Shown here one piece after another: positions 37,341 to 48,331 of a DNA stretch of 64,000 nt (positions are counted from its first letter, which is position 1; each line of letters starts with the position of its first letter). This DNA is from Magallana gigas (lineage: Eukaryota), in NCBI RefSeq assembly GCF_963853765.1, contig NC_088858.1, forward strand, positions 41,292,001 through 41,356,000. The letters run 5' to 3'. The position numbers were made by a program, and so were the translations under genes. The notes beneath the pieces were generated by a model. That model did not search any database and had not been told where the DNA came from. It worked only from the letters and a program-made list of their open reading frames with translations.

Positions 37341-40300
37341 AAATGATTCATTTAGATTTAAGCAATGGGGACTTTAAATGCTAACACCAAACTTCTTTAA
37401 ATACAAATTAATATTTTGAATAATACATTTTCTGTATCTTTAATGCTTAGCTTAAAATTATTTGTAAAAAAAATTCATATGCATTGCTTCATACTGGTAA
37501 AATTGGGGAGACTTTTTTTTACAGGCATGGAAGACACTGCAGCCATATAAGGAGAGGGCGGTCTAAGTTTTTGAACTTGTGCCCAATCCCAAATGTAATT
37601 TTGTACAATATAAAAAAAAATGTTCAAATCACCTCTTTCCTTTTCATGATAACAGTGCCCCCATCTGATGGCTCCACACTGAAATCAGGTCTCCCAAACA
37701 CCCACTGACATCCGCCAACGTCCGCCTCACATGGGAGGAGGTTCTGGTGGTTCCCATCAGGAGAGTACTGATAAAGGTTCCACCAGCCAGTCTGGTCACC
37801 AATGAACAGAAGATTATTGTCAGGGGTCCACACTGGCTGCATGACACTCACTCCTTCACCCCCTGCTACCTAAAAAATCAAAGTACTGAGAGTACTATCT
37901 TTTAAAAGGAGACACAGAGAAATATTGATCGATAGCAGTTCAATGTCAGTCTATCAAAAATTAAAGAAATATATACTACAAAATTAATATCCTATAATAG
38001 AATTTGAAAAATAGTGTTCATATTCTGATAATTCAAATAAATTGTAATTAGTTTTGTTTGACCCACTTGCACTTGACATTTAAGGATTTCTTTAAATAGG
38101 AAGACATTTGTCCATACAATAAAGTAGACTGAATTCTATTATAGTATGGAGATCATCTACCTACTTAAGGTACTTCACAAGACCATGAAATAGTTTCTCA
38201 GATCAGCAGAATATTACTTGATTTTGATAGAGAGCATGATGGATAAGAAGTATATATGTCAAATAGGCGAAAAAATGTACAATTTTGGATAAAAAATGAT
38301 ATTTTCAAAAATTTCATTCAGTAAACATGAACAAAAGCCCCAGGCGGATTCGAACTCATGATCTTCGGTTCACAAGCCTGATACTTTAACCACTGAGCTG
38401 TGATGATATACATCTGAATCGATTGATACAAACAGTTTAACAAAACATTTAAATCGCCATCTTGTGACGTAGTGTCTTGAAAAGTATAAGTCTAGGTGTA
38501 GTGAAGTACCTTAAAGAAGCACCCATAAAAATAATTTTGATAAAAATTTTAAAAGTACTTTTTAAAAACTTATTTTATATCTTGAGATTCAACTAAAACA
38601 TATATACAAACATGGCAAGAATCGAACAATGTAATTTCATTGTTAACATCTACATGCTATATATGGTAGTTTAATGCCACAATGAACAGGTTTATAAATA
38701 ATTATTGGACAACAATTACAACCATGTCAGTTAAATTGAGTAAAACTACACAAACCAACACCCAGAAACTGAACCCTGTAACATCACACCGTGATTTATT
38801 CAATAAAATTGTTAGCAATGGTATTTACAGTAACAGTAAACTTACTTGCTTGGCTGTCCCAGGAACAATTTCATCTCCAGTACTAGAGAGTTCCGCCACA
38901 AACAGGGATGTGTTGTCCCAGGGCTACATAGAAACAGAGCAACAAAGCCCATTCAGAACAATGCTTTTCATCAAAACATCTTAATTAATCTGAATTAGTG
39001 ATCTACTATTAACATCGATAAAATTCACAAAGCTCCAGATTCTGTGTGTTAATCATTGTGTTACCATGTTTGGATGATTCCACTGAATCCAGGCTAGCTT
39101 TTTTCCATCTGGTGAAAATCTGGGACTGGAGTAAAAATCACAACCACTTGCCTAAAAATATCAAAGAAAAAAATTTATCAATCAAAGCTATTTTAATAAA
39201 AGAGTTATAGAATCAATCATACCAAACAACAACAGCAAAAAAACCCAAAACATACAGTACAAAATGCTGTTTACACCTAAGATTTGAACAAAAAATGATT
39301 TAATAGAATAAATATATCAATTCTAAGGACCCAAATGTGGCAATGCACATATTGAAAAGGGGTCAACTTGTTCACAATTTAACACAAAATAGACAAGCAA
39401 ATTAAGGGCTTGAGATATCCTGCCCCTGCAGACAATATATTTCTATGTCCAGAGTACTTTGATCTTTGAACTTGGGTCCAAAAAGTCACTATGGATCATC
39501 AACTACTGTAAACAGGGTTATTTTTGCCCCGTGTTATTTTCCTCTCTTTTCACTTGCATACGGTTTCCCCCATCTTGAATTTGCCCATACAAAGTTGTGA
39601 ATAAAGAAAGATAGTTTAACACTTACGAATTCGCGTTGTCTTAAATTCGCCCGCTGACAACAATGGCGAAAGGGGCAAAAATAAAATGGGACAAATATTG
39701 CCCTGTATACAGTGCCTCTGGAATACCTGCAACTGCATACAAAGTTTGAAGTCTGTTAAACAAAGGCTTCTGAAGATATTGACATTTGAATGGTCTATAC
39801 ATTGTGTATATATAAATGTCCATTAATATGAGTATAGGTGAATATATTTTGTGGTTGAGTGTTTTTCTAAAGCTCTCATTGATCCTTATACATGTATTAG
39901 ATATCACGACCTTTACAACTGACTTCAGTCAAAACCATATAAGAGGTTAAAGAAAGTAAACGAAACACTGTCATCACGAGTGAAAGACCTAGAGCAGATT
40001 TGGCTTTACTCAAGATCATAGTCGCTTTTGAAGCCAAAATCACAGAACACCTCTCAATTGCTGTTGAATTTAAAACACCGCAAGCATGCCCCAAAAAAGT
40101 TTATAAGTGGCAGGATATAATAGGGGAGACAAAGTGGAAGACTTTAAGTTTTTGTATCATTTTGCAGGAGTTTCCTGCAAACCTTGAAGGATCAACATAC
40201 AATGTACATCATACACCAACAAGATATCTGTGAGCCAATGCTTACTAGCAATACCCCCACTCTAATGTGAATATGCAAAATAAGCAAAGTCAACATTTAA

Positions 40301-43300
40301 CAGAAAGTTGGCATCCCAATGGTACAAAAATATATCCCAAAATATGGCATGCCTAAACTAATAATGTGTTAAAATTTCCAGCATCTGTGAAAAATAGTTG
40401 CTGAGAAATCTTTGACGTAAATTTGTTTGAAAATGTTAACTAAAAATAAACAAAGTCATCATTTACCAGGAAGTTGACATCCGATTAGTAAAAAAATATA
40501 TTCCACGATATGGCATTCCTAAACTAATAGTGTGTTAAAATTTCAAGCATCTGCGATGAATAGTTGCTAAGAAATCTTTGACGAAATTTTGTTTGAAAAT
40601 TTAGGCTAATAATAAACAAAGTCGTCTTTTAACAGGAAGTTGACGTCCAATTGGTACAAAAATATATCCCACGATATGGCATGCCTAGATAAATAGTGTG
40701 TTAAAATTTCAAGCATCTGCGATAAATAGTTGCTGAAAAAAATGCAACAGAAATTTTTGTTACAGACGGACAGACAGAAGGACAGTCGGACAGACAGACA
40801 CACAAGGGTAAAACAGTATACCCCCTTCACCTTGGGAGCGTGGGTATAACAAGACAAAACTGTTCCATGTCTTTGCGCCTTCTCTCAGTTTACCCACCAG
40901 CACTGTCTGTTTCTGTGTGACAGGGTCTATGGACACCACAGTGTTTTGGGGTTCTTTTGCCTCCTTTTTCTCTACAAGGCTGTGATCTTCTCGAATGCAA
41001 TATATTTTTCCTGTCTAATAAAAAATACAATTAAATAATCCAAATAAAATTGCACACAGTTTATTACATCTTCAATGTTCTACAAGTTGAATCAAAATTG
41101 CACAGAGATGATAACTAACTTAAAAACCCTTGAATTCTGTTATATACGATATCAGTGAGTGTTTTTGTAATGAAGAGAATTGATTACCTGGCATGACTGT
41201 GCACCTGTTTCAGTGTTTTGATCTTTGTTATAGAGTACTTTGTTAGAAAGTTTTGAACAGATAAACTGGTAATTTATAAGCACATGTCTCATGTTTTTCA
41301 ATTAACAAGAAGCAATCTTTAATGTTGGTTTTCTTAAACATATGCTCTTAAGGTACCAGTTCTGGTACTACACACATATAAATGCTTTTAACCCCTTTTT
41401 CATTATGGTAAATGAAATAATAGGGGTAGTATTCTTAAGATAAAGGTCTTCATACCAAAGTGATACACCAGAAAACAATGTATAATTACTATTACATTTC
41501 ATTTCTGACGGTTTTTTTTTTCAAATTAGAACAAACTAGAATTTTTTTCAAATGCAAGATATGAATCATCAATATTTACATCATCCAGTGTCTTTGTCTG
41601 TGATAACACTACGTATCGATTTTGTACTATATAACCCATAATACAAATGACGCCAAATTGAGGCGCCGGTGGGGTTTGCTTATTTATAGTTAAAGATTTA
41701 ATTGTACGATGGCTTAAATTATATAAATATAAGTAATAAGGAATCATTCTTTGAATATTATGAGGTGATAATTTCGGTCGGGGCGTGATCAAATCTATCA
41801 TAAAGCCCTTCGGGCTTTATTGGATTTAATCGCGCCCCGACCAAAATTATCACCTCATAATACTCAAATAATGATTCCTTATTCCTTAATTAAAAGCCGT
41901 AAAACAATTGAAGATAACAAAGTCATTACCCAGCACTGACCTACACAAAAATGCAAACATGCAGACATGTGATAAAAATGTGATATCGGAATACAGTCCA
42001 GTTAATATTTTTAAAAATTCATATCAATATAATTACTTTTGAACAAAGAGATCCATCCGCATATCTCCAGTTACAGTCCTTTGGAGTGATTGCTTCTGGA
42101 GAAGAATCAGGTGATTTCTGCACATACATCTGTTGATCCGAGAAGTTGGAGAAGTAGACCGCTCCATCATACACAAAGAATGCACCTCCGCCATACTCGT
42201 GGACTTTGGTCCGGGCATTGAAGTCTTTCGGTGTCCAAACTTTGAAATCTTTTTCATTCTTATTCAGGGAACATACAACATAGCGACCTCCCTCATCAAA
42301 ACGTAGTTCACTCCAGAAAACAGTTTCTAATAAAATATTGCTTCAATTTCAAAAACTTGCAAACAAAAATGTGAACAAAAGTTGTCTAAAGTTTGGAACA
42401 TTAAATAGGGGTATTATAGAGAGTTTGACCTCTGAATAAGGGTCAAACAACCAAAATTTTTGACTGTACCAAACCTGTTTTAAGAATGCAGTGATTAATA
42501 GCTGATGTCTTATAAAAAAGAAACACATAAAAACAACATTTAACATGAATTAATCTTACTCATGTAACTTTAATAATAAGAAACACATTACTTTAGCAAA
42601 GACTTCTTCATTTTCATAATTGTGCATCATTGCTATGGCACACCAAATTCACAAAAATAAGTTAATTATTGTTTTACAGTCAACAAACTTGTTTATTGGT
42701 TGTACCCGGTAAACTGTAGTTTACAGACAGTTACACTGTAAACTATAGTTAAGGACGTTCATCATATTTCACATATGCAAACCATTATGATAATCTATGC
42801 TTCAGAAGTGAAGACAATAATTAACACTGAAAACAATCAGTTTATCTGATGAATATAGTTTCATGACTTGTGAAACTACATGTATGGTTAACCACTCTTA
42901 ACTATAGTTAACAAACGTAAATATGTGAATCTATATTTGTCATCAAAATCTATTGTTAACATTTATTTACAATCAGATAAACTTAGATTAACATTTATCA
43001 ACTAAAGTTTATAACCGTTTAAGAAAGTTTACAACCGTTAAATAGGCCTGTAGTTTACTTTACATATAAAAACACAAATTAACATATAGTTACCTATAGT
43101 TTACAGTTTGTCAACTATAGTTAAATAATAGGTTTAACCATAGTAAACTATAGTAGAAAAATATAAACTATAGTAATATATACAGTAAAACTCTGCTATA
43201 TTGGAGTCCTAGGAACCAGTGGATACGCTTTGTTATATCCGTAATTTCGTTTTATCCGTCAAATGAATTCATAGTAATAACTGTAGCGAATTCACTATAT

Positions 43301-44692
43301 ACATGTTTTCTCTTACAAGACTATAATTTTTGCTAATTGAGGCTTAAAATAAAAATACATTACTATGATATTTTAATAATTGGATTGTGAATTGAAAATT
43401 TTATATGAAAATAAATACATTCATACTGTTTATGTTAAATGATAGTGCAAACATTTTAAACTGTAAAGAAATCCTTTATAAAAGTGTTAAATTTCTTTAT
43501 TATTCAACTCTAAGGGACTCAAAATCAGTTCGCTATATCTGTAAATTCGTTATATCCAAATTTGTTATAACTGTAAAATTTTGCAAAGATTTGTTCAGAA
43601 CTTTACCAGGGACTCAAAAGAACTTCCCTATAACCAAGAATTCGCTATATCCATGTTCATACTAAACGAGTTTAGTTAAATTCATAGATGAAAAACGAAA
43701 GTTAACGAATCGTTCACTATAGTTTACAGTTTGCAAACTATAGCTGCAGGTCTGTAGCTCCCGGCCTGAAAAAATTCTGATGGACGACCTGGGAGTTACA
43801 GTGCAACCCACTGAAAAAACTGTATATTTATTGCGCGAAAAAACGTGCACATACTATAGTCTGTCCCAAGATATATATGCTGCATAATTGAACGATTTTT
43901 AATAAAAATACACATACCTGTGACAGAAGTGCAATTAAAATCGATGAAAGGGAAAATTACCAAGATAACTTCATTCACACATTATTATTTTTCCCTCGTA
44001 AAAAATCACAGGAACGAAAACAGATTTCCTACGGAGATTTATATTGGGGAATGTTGACATCTTTTCTCCATTCGGAGGTACTCAGGACACCTCGCGCAAT
44101 TTTTCAACATTATCATCCGGGCATCTTCATCTCCTTGGCAATGGAAAAAACCTGTAGACTTTTTATTTTTAGCCGTGTATTGATACCCAACAAGCTAGAG
44201 GGGGCGTTTCAAAGGGGAAATCTTGGGATTTTTTCATACTATTGGATGAACATCGTCTGATACAAGAGGTATTTATAAATATCGAATAATTTAAGGAAAT
44301 ATGCGGCAAAAATATCTTGGGACAGACTATAGAGTAGTTTTGGACCAATTAACCTTATTTATACACAAATTCTGTGAACAATTAGTACCATTAAGTTCTT
44401 TGTGCAGTTTACTACTGATATCGTCTCTTAACTATATATACCATTTTTCAATGGGTTGCACTATACCTCCCAGGTCGTCCATTCGAATGTTTTCAGACCG
44501 GGTAACTACAGACCTGCAGCTACATAAACTATAGTTAACAGTCGATAAACCTAGTTTATCAAACGTGAAACTATGTTTAGCCATCTTTTGTGAATTTGAC
44601 GTGCCATACACTGCATGTATCAATTAATAGCAGGTGCATATTATAATATAAATTTGAAAGTGGGAAATTACACAACCTACAAACAGGGACCA

Positions 44693-44729
<37 letters not shown>

Positions 44730-45155
44730 GGTAGGGGGTTGCGCTGTATCATAACCATTAAAATCAGTACATTTGGCATACTTATTGTACACAGGTACAG
44801 AATACTCTCTCAAACATTCTTTGACATTCGTTGATACCTAAATAACACTAGGTCGACAATGATGCAAGGTATGTGTAATTCTTGCTGCGCTCGCCAGAAC
44901 GGTAGAACCGTAAAACATATTATGAATTAATTAAACACCTGCGACAAACCCAGGTTTTTGGTCTAGACGGATCTCTTGAAATCTGACACTGCTTTCCGTG
45001 GCAAGCTTGCTGGAGATTGGCGACTTCCATGTACCGTAAGGTGCTGTCGTTTTGGACATCTTTCTCGAGAAAATTACAGTTCGAAGTGCAAATTTTGTTG
45101 ATTTTAAGATAGAGAGGCGGAAACCGAAAGTGGCGAAACAGAATCCTCCGAGCAT
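31039..45155 (-). CDS. S9-family (prolyl oligopeptidase clan, S9C / acyl-peptide-hydrolase-like) serine peptidase; 14 coding exons, 692 aa (660 aa from the second ATG at 45059)
   Basis: Exons: 45155-44939, 42326-42037, 41014-40898, 39151-39065, 38923-38846, 37869-37633, 35448-35284, 35079-34887, 33959-33833, 33590-33436, 33130-32937, 32848-32767, 32461-32352, 31065-31039. All introns are GT-AG with consistent phases, total 2079 nt. Motifs: [36 protein letters not shown] (Ser), QGDEDK (Asp), GEQHGF (His). Confidence 0.93.
31290..31626. mobile_element. Long-palindrome repeat family B, copy 1
   Basis: ~155-bp hairpin ATAAGGAATCATTCTTTG...TAAAGCCC-apex-GGCTTTA...CAAAGAATGATTCCTTAT with related flank. 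Confidence 0.7.
31799..31942. mobile_element. TA-targeting MITE (CTGCAGGTCTGTAG TIR family)
   Basis: TIRs CTGCAGGTCTGTAG / CTACAGACCTGCAG, TA on both sides. Confidence 0.8.
32010..32330. mobile_element. Long-palindrome repeat family B, copy 2
   Basis: Same hairpin plus the ~150-bp flank that appears inverted at 41590-41730. Confidence 0.8.
32352..32461 (-). CDS. S9 peptidase exon 13 (catalytic His)
   Basis: [37 protein letters not shown]. Confidence 0.93.
32767..32848 (-). CDS. S9 peptidase exon 12
   Basis: [27 protein letters not shown]. Confidence 0.92.
32937..33130 (-). CDS. S9 peptidase exon 11 (catalytic Asp)
   Basis: [23 protein letters not shown]...ERSPINYV...FFQGDEDK. Confidence 0.95.
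33436..33590 (-). CDS. S9 peptidase exon 10 (catalytic Ser)
   Basis: WGIYDVDDC...[24 protein letters not shown]. Confidence 0.95.
33833..33959 (-). CDS. S9 peptidase exon 9
   Basis: [41 protein letters not shown]. Confidence 0.93.
34887..35079 (-). CDS. S9 peptidase exon 8
   Basis: [21 protein letters not shown]...[12 protein letters not shown]. Confidence 0.93.
35284..35448 (-). CDS. S9 peptidase exon 7
   Basis: [19 protein letters not shown]...[18 protein letters not shown]. Confidence 0.88.
35459..37340 (+). mobile_element. HINE (non-autonomous Helentron-type) element with a central array of ~168-bp Cg170-like satellite monomers
   Basis: 5' AACAAGAGGCC with subterminal repeat GGTCACCTGAGT (35484); about 9-10 monomers (GGGAGTAGAGAAGAAGATTTT...AACCCCTGA...GGTCATGAATTTCACAATTT); (ACGC/GACG)n microsatellite; 3' hairpin GGTCACCTGAG-TGA-CTCAGGTGACC followed by an A-run. 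Confidence 0.9.
37633..37869 (-). CDS. S9 peptidase exon 6
   Basis: [33 protein letters not shown]...GGCQWVFG...MKRKE. Confidence 0.92.
38169..38510. mobile_element. Kolobok-like MITE containing a tRNA-derived segment
   Basis: TTAA on both sides and a perfect 10-bp TIR GGTACTTCAC. The minus strand at 38337-38399 carries A-box AGCTCAGTGGTTAAAG and B-box GAGTTCGAATCC. Confidence 0.75.
38846..38923 (-). CDS. S9 peptidase exon 5
   Basis: [26 protein letters not shown]. Confidence 0.9.
39065..39151 (-). CDS. S9 peptidase exon 4
   Basis: [29 protein letters not shown]. Confidence 0.92.
39504..39714. mobile_element. Short TIR MITE (TACTGTA...CAGGG family; related copy at about 50874-51105)
   Basis: TIRs TACTGTAAACAGGG / CCCTGTATACAGTG, with internal TTCGCCC motifs shared by both copies. 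Confidence 0.65.
40217..40850 (+). mobile_element. HINE-type element with three ~166-bp tandem monomers
   Basis: 5' AACAAGA; monomers start at about 40287, 40452 and 40618; (GACA/GACG)n microsatellite; terminal TATACCCC...GGGTATA hairpin. Confidence 0.75.
40898..41014 (-). CDS. S9 peptidase exon 3
   Basis: [39 protein letters not shown]. Confidence 0.9.
41590..41890. mobile_element. Long-palindrome repeat family B, copy 3 (inverted relative to copy 2)
   Basis: Hairpin with apex TAAAGCCC-TTC-GGGCTTTA and the shared flank. Confidence 0.8.
42037..42326 (-). CDS. S9 peptidase exon 2
   Basis: [18 protein letters not shown]...[17 protein letters not shown]...[11 protein letters not shown]. Confidence 0.92.
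42700..44570. mobile_element. Nested DNA-transposon cluster: AACTATAGTT-motif element interrupted by a CAGTAAAACTC MITE (about 43183-43678) and a 778-bp TIR element (43743-44520)
   Basis: Many copies of the palindrome (A)ACTATAGTT at 42700-43175, 43716-43742 and 44525-44560. The 43743-44520 element has ~70-bp TIRs beginning GCTGCAGGTCTGTAG and is flanked by TA. Confidence 0.6.
44695..44727. repeat. (CT)n microsatellite
   Basis: Direct reading. Confidence 0.95.
44939..45155 (-). CDS. S9 peptidase exon 1
   Basis: [72 protein letters not shown]; phase-1 donor GCAG|GTGTTT. Confidence 0.88.
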
Positions 45156-45740
45156 CTGCACCGGATATTATGAATGCCGTGTAAAAAGTAAACCATGAAA
45201 GTTCAATTCCGGTTTGTCCGCCAGATGAGCAATATGCACGATACCACATCCCCTCAATGCGCGTACATATGCAGCAGATGGGGAGTAAAAGTGTATAAAC
45301 ACATACAAGAATGATATCAACATTATATAAGTTAGAAAGTGGTTTGTTCAATCAGGTTGAGTATGCGCCCGAGCCACAGGCAAACGACGTTAAAAAATAC
45401 TATTTTTTCCTATAAATGTTAGATAATTTTCTCTGCTACAAGTTTTTTGGTTTTTTTTTATTTTTGGTATAGGAAATTATCTCACAATAAAAAGTTAAAC
45501 AGGCTCCTTAGATGGAAGCAGAATCGCCTGACATTAAAAATAAAAGCCATTATCAGCTGTACTTTTTAAAAAATATTAACGATAGTTATCATTATAGTGC
45601 AGGGGATCATCAGTAATCTTGTTATTTTAAAATGAAATATTTTTAACGTCAGGCGCCTGTGTGTATCTCAAATCAATAATCTGTAAATTATAAATGCACA
45701 TGAAAAACAAATCTTACAATTTATATTCTGTTGTAAATAT

Positions 45741-45930
45741 ATATATTTAATTCAGGTTGAAAGATATAACAACGTTTTATCGAGCACGTGGTTTGCTATT
45801 TATAGTTTGTTTACTAAGGGTGGTTTACGCGTAGTAATACTGGTTAGACCAGTTATTAGGGCATGACTGGTATGCTTTGTGATTTTAAGTTATTCGAGCT
45901 CAAGACTTAGCGCTGTTTACACGCTTTGCA
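45741..45930 (+). repeat. Split direct repeat A1
   Basis: Matches 49522-49711 with one substitution. Confidence 0.95.
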
Positions 45931-46662
45931 ATGTCGGACTCTGATAGCGGTTTGTTGGGCGGGGACACCGACAAGAGTTCTTCAACTCCAGCCGCCGATA
46001 TAACGGACACTTTCAACCTATTTAAGTGTTACTTGGATTCTTCGCTAAACTCGTTCAAGAAGGAGCTTTTGGACAGCCAAGAAGGTAGAGATATCGATTT
46101 AGAGAAAAAACTTAAAAAAGATATAGCGTCTTCATTAAAGAGTCCGGGCAATAAAATACAGTTTGAATTCAATGAAGAAATCATCGCAGATTTGCAAAAG
46201 TTAAAGAAAAAAGTAAAATCTAAGAGTGAGTGTGAAGCATTCGATAGCATCATAACAAAGTTGTCTAAACGAAATAAACTTATCCGTATAGCAGACAATT
46301 CTCCAGCAGGGTGGGCCACAGTTCATCAATATGAGCACAACGACATTGCCTCTGATTCGGACGATGACAAAAAACTACGACAGGCAGAAAACAGAGCTTT
46401 GCGTGCTATTAAAGAGAAGAAGAGGTTCCAGCCATACAAACCACGCCCTTCCGGCTACAGCGCTCCTCAGCCTGCTACTGGCAGTATTCCTTCCGCTGCT
46501 GCTGGAAGTCAACAGCAGCTTTTTCGTGGCTTCGGGAAACGCCGTGAACCATCTTCCTACGACATCTGTTTCCACTGCAAGTCAGTCGGGCACTGGAGGA
46601 AACACTGTCCCCTGTTCAGCGCCGCCAATCAGTCAAGCGGTTCGGGATCAGTTAGTAATTGA
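45931..46662 (+). CDS. Gag-like protein of the PAT-like element
   Basis: 243-aa ORF starting immediately after repeat A1, with CCHC zinc knuckle CFHCKSVGHWRKHC (CX2CX4HX4C). Confidence 0.85.
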   Translation: MSDSDSGLLGGDTDKSSSTPAADITDTFNLFKCYLDSSLNSFKKELLDSQEGRDIDLEKKLKKDIASSLKSPGNKIQFEFNEEIIADLQKLKKKVKSKSECEAFDSIITKLSKRNKLIRIADNSPAGWATVHQYEHNDIASDSDDDKKLRQAENRALRAIKEKKRFQPYKPRPSGYSAPQPATGSIPSAAAGSQQQLFRGFGKRREPSSYDICFHCKSVGHWRKHCPLFSAANQSSGSGSVSN

Positions 46663-48074
46663 TAATTTTGCCTTTCGGTCTTTCTTCGGCACCTTACATT
46701 TTTACAAAGTGTTTACGACCAATGGTGAGATACTGGAGGCAGTCGGGTGTCAACATTGTGTTGTATTTAGACGATGGCCTGGGATTGGCTGAATCATACG
46801 AGAAAGGGGTATCTGATAGCCTTTTCGTTAAAGATTCCTTAGAAAAGGCTGGGTTTTTGGTAAATTTGGAAAAGTCTATTTTTGAACCTTGTCAAATGTT
46901 AGAATGGCTAGGAATGATATGGAACACTAACATGTTTTGTTTGTCTATTCCAGAGAGACGTATACAAGATTGTAAGAGCACTTTAGCAGATTTGTTTCAT
47001 AGATTACCAAAAATTACTGCAAGACAATTGGCTCAGTTTACGGGCAAGGTTATTTCTATGGGACCAGTGATCGGTAACATTAGTAGACTTATGACAAGAA
47101 AGTGTTATGAAATTATCGAGTCCCGATTTGCATGGGATAGTGTGATTAGATTTGATAGTTCACATGAGTTTTTGCAAGAACTTTCGTTCTGGTCGAAGAA
47201 TTTGGACATGTATAACTGTCGTTTTATGAAAGATTATTCTAAATCAATTGCTATTTTATGCACAGATGCTAGTTCAGTAGCTGCAGGAGCTGTATGTCAA
47301 TTATCAGGTACACACAAGTACTTTCACAGTAATTTTTCAGAAGTAGAGAGTGCACAAAGTTCCACCTGGCGAGAACTTAAGGCAATTCAGCTTGCTTTAT
47401 TTTCGTACAAAGAAAACCTTAGTGGGAAGTCTGTGAAAATATTGACTGACAGTAAAAATTGTGTTTCAATTGTCCAAAGTGGTAGCACGAAAAATGATTT
47501 ACATGTAATTGCTCTTTCTATTTTTCATTTGTGTTTGCAGAGAAAAATTTCGTTAGATATTGCATGGATTCCCAGAGAAATGAATGAAACGGCAGATTAT
47601 TTAAGTAAATTAGTGGATTACGATGATTGGTCTGTATCTGATGAATTTTTTGAATTTATGAATAATATGTGGGGCCCTTATACAGTGGACAGATTTGCAA
47701 ATTATCTTAATAAGAAATTACCTAGATTTAACTCTTTGTTCTGGAATCCTGGTACTGATGCAGTTGATTGTTTTTCTCAAGATTGGAGTTCAGATAATAA
47801 TTGGCTAGTGCCACCTATTCATTTAGTCATGAGAAGTTTAAGGCATCTTATGTATTGCAGATCACGAGGTACTTTGATCGTTCCTTATTGGCCATCGGCG
47901 CCGTTTTGGTCTATGATTTTTGGACCGGATATGACATATAGAAGTTATGTAACAGATGTTATTCAGTTTAATGATGTAAGAGGTATTTTGTGCAGAGGCA
48001 CGTCTAAGAACTGTATATTTGGGACTGAAAAATTTCATGGTTCTTTATTGGCTGTTAAACTTTGTTCTGTATGA
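46659..48074 (+). CDS. N-terminally truncated reverse transcriptase / RNase H / DIRS-type adenine methyltransferase-like ORF
   Basis: Begins abruptly at LPFGLSSAP (stop codon directly upstream, no ATG), then YLDDG; RNase H motifs TDAS, WRELKAI, LTDS, NETADYLS; MT-like VDRFA...PRFNS...DWS...WLVPP. Confidence 0.9.
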   Translation: MIILPFGLSSAPYIFTKCLRPMVRYWRQSGVNIVLYLDDGLGLAESYEKGVSDSLFVKDSLEKAGFLVNLEKSIFEPCQMLEWLGMIWNTNMFCLSIPERRIQDCKSTLADLFHRLPKITARQLAQFTGKVISMGPVIGNISRLMTRKCYEIIESRFAWDSVIRFDSSHEFLQELSFWSKNLDMYNCRFMKDYSKSIAILCTDASSVAAGAVCQLSGTHKYFHSNFSEVESAQSSTWRELKAIQLALFSYKENLSGKSVKILTDSKNCVSIVQSGSTKNDLHVIALSIFHLCLQRKISLDIAWIPREMNETADYLSKLVDYDDWSVSDEFFEFMNNMWGPYTVDRFANYLNKKLPRFNSLFWNPGTDAVDCFSQDWSSDNNWLVPPIHLVMRSLRHLMYCRSRGTLIVPYWPSAPFWSMIFGPDMTYRSYVTDVIQFNDVRGILCRGTSKNCIFGTEKFHGSLLAVKLCSV

Positions 48075-48331
48075 GCAGATTTGAACATGGTCCTAGTACT
48101 GTTGTACTGAGTGACGTGGTTAGATGCTTGAATTGTGCATTTGTATGTATCTGTTGTATATATTTTATGCTATTGCAGAATGACGACTGATGAGATGATA
48201 TTGTGTAAGACACGGTCCTAAGAGCATTAGGCATTAGTGACATGGTCTTGGAATTTGTTTTTGACATGGTCCCTGTTATGGACAGAGCGACATGGTCAAA
48301 TTTGAAATAAAATAATGTGAGGGACTAACAA

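Noticed and set aside
38337-38399. Functional tRNA gene
   Set aside because: A and B boxes are present, but the acceptor stem cannot form, the anticodon is ambiguous, and it lies inside a TIR element.
46331-46792. Independent 153-aa gene overlapping gag
   Set aside because: More simply the remnant of the original overlapping pol frame cut by the deletion.
48083-48300. p53 response elements
   Set aside because: The repeats deviate from RRRCWWGYYY and are not arranged as paired half-sites.
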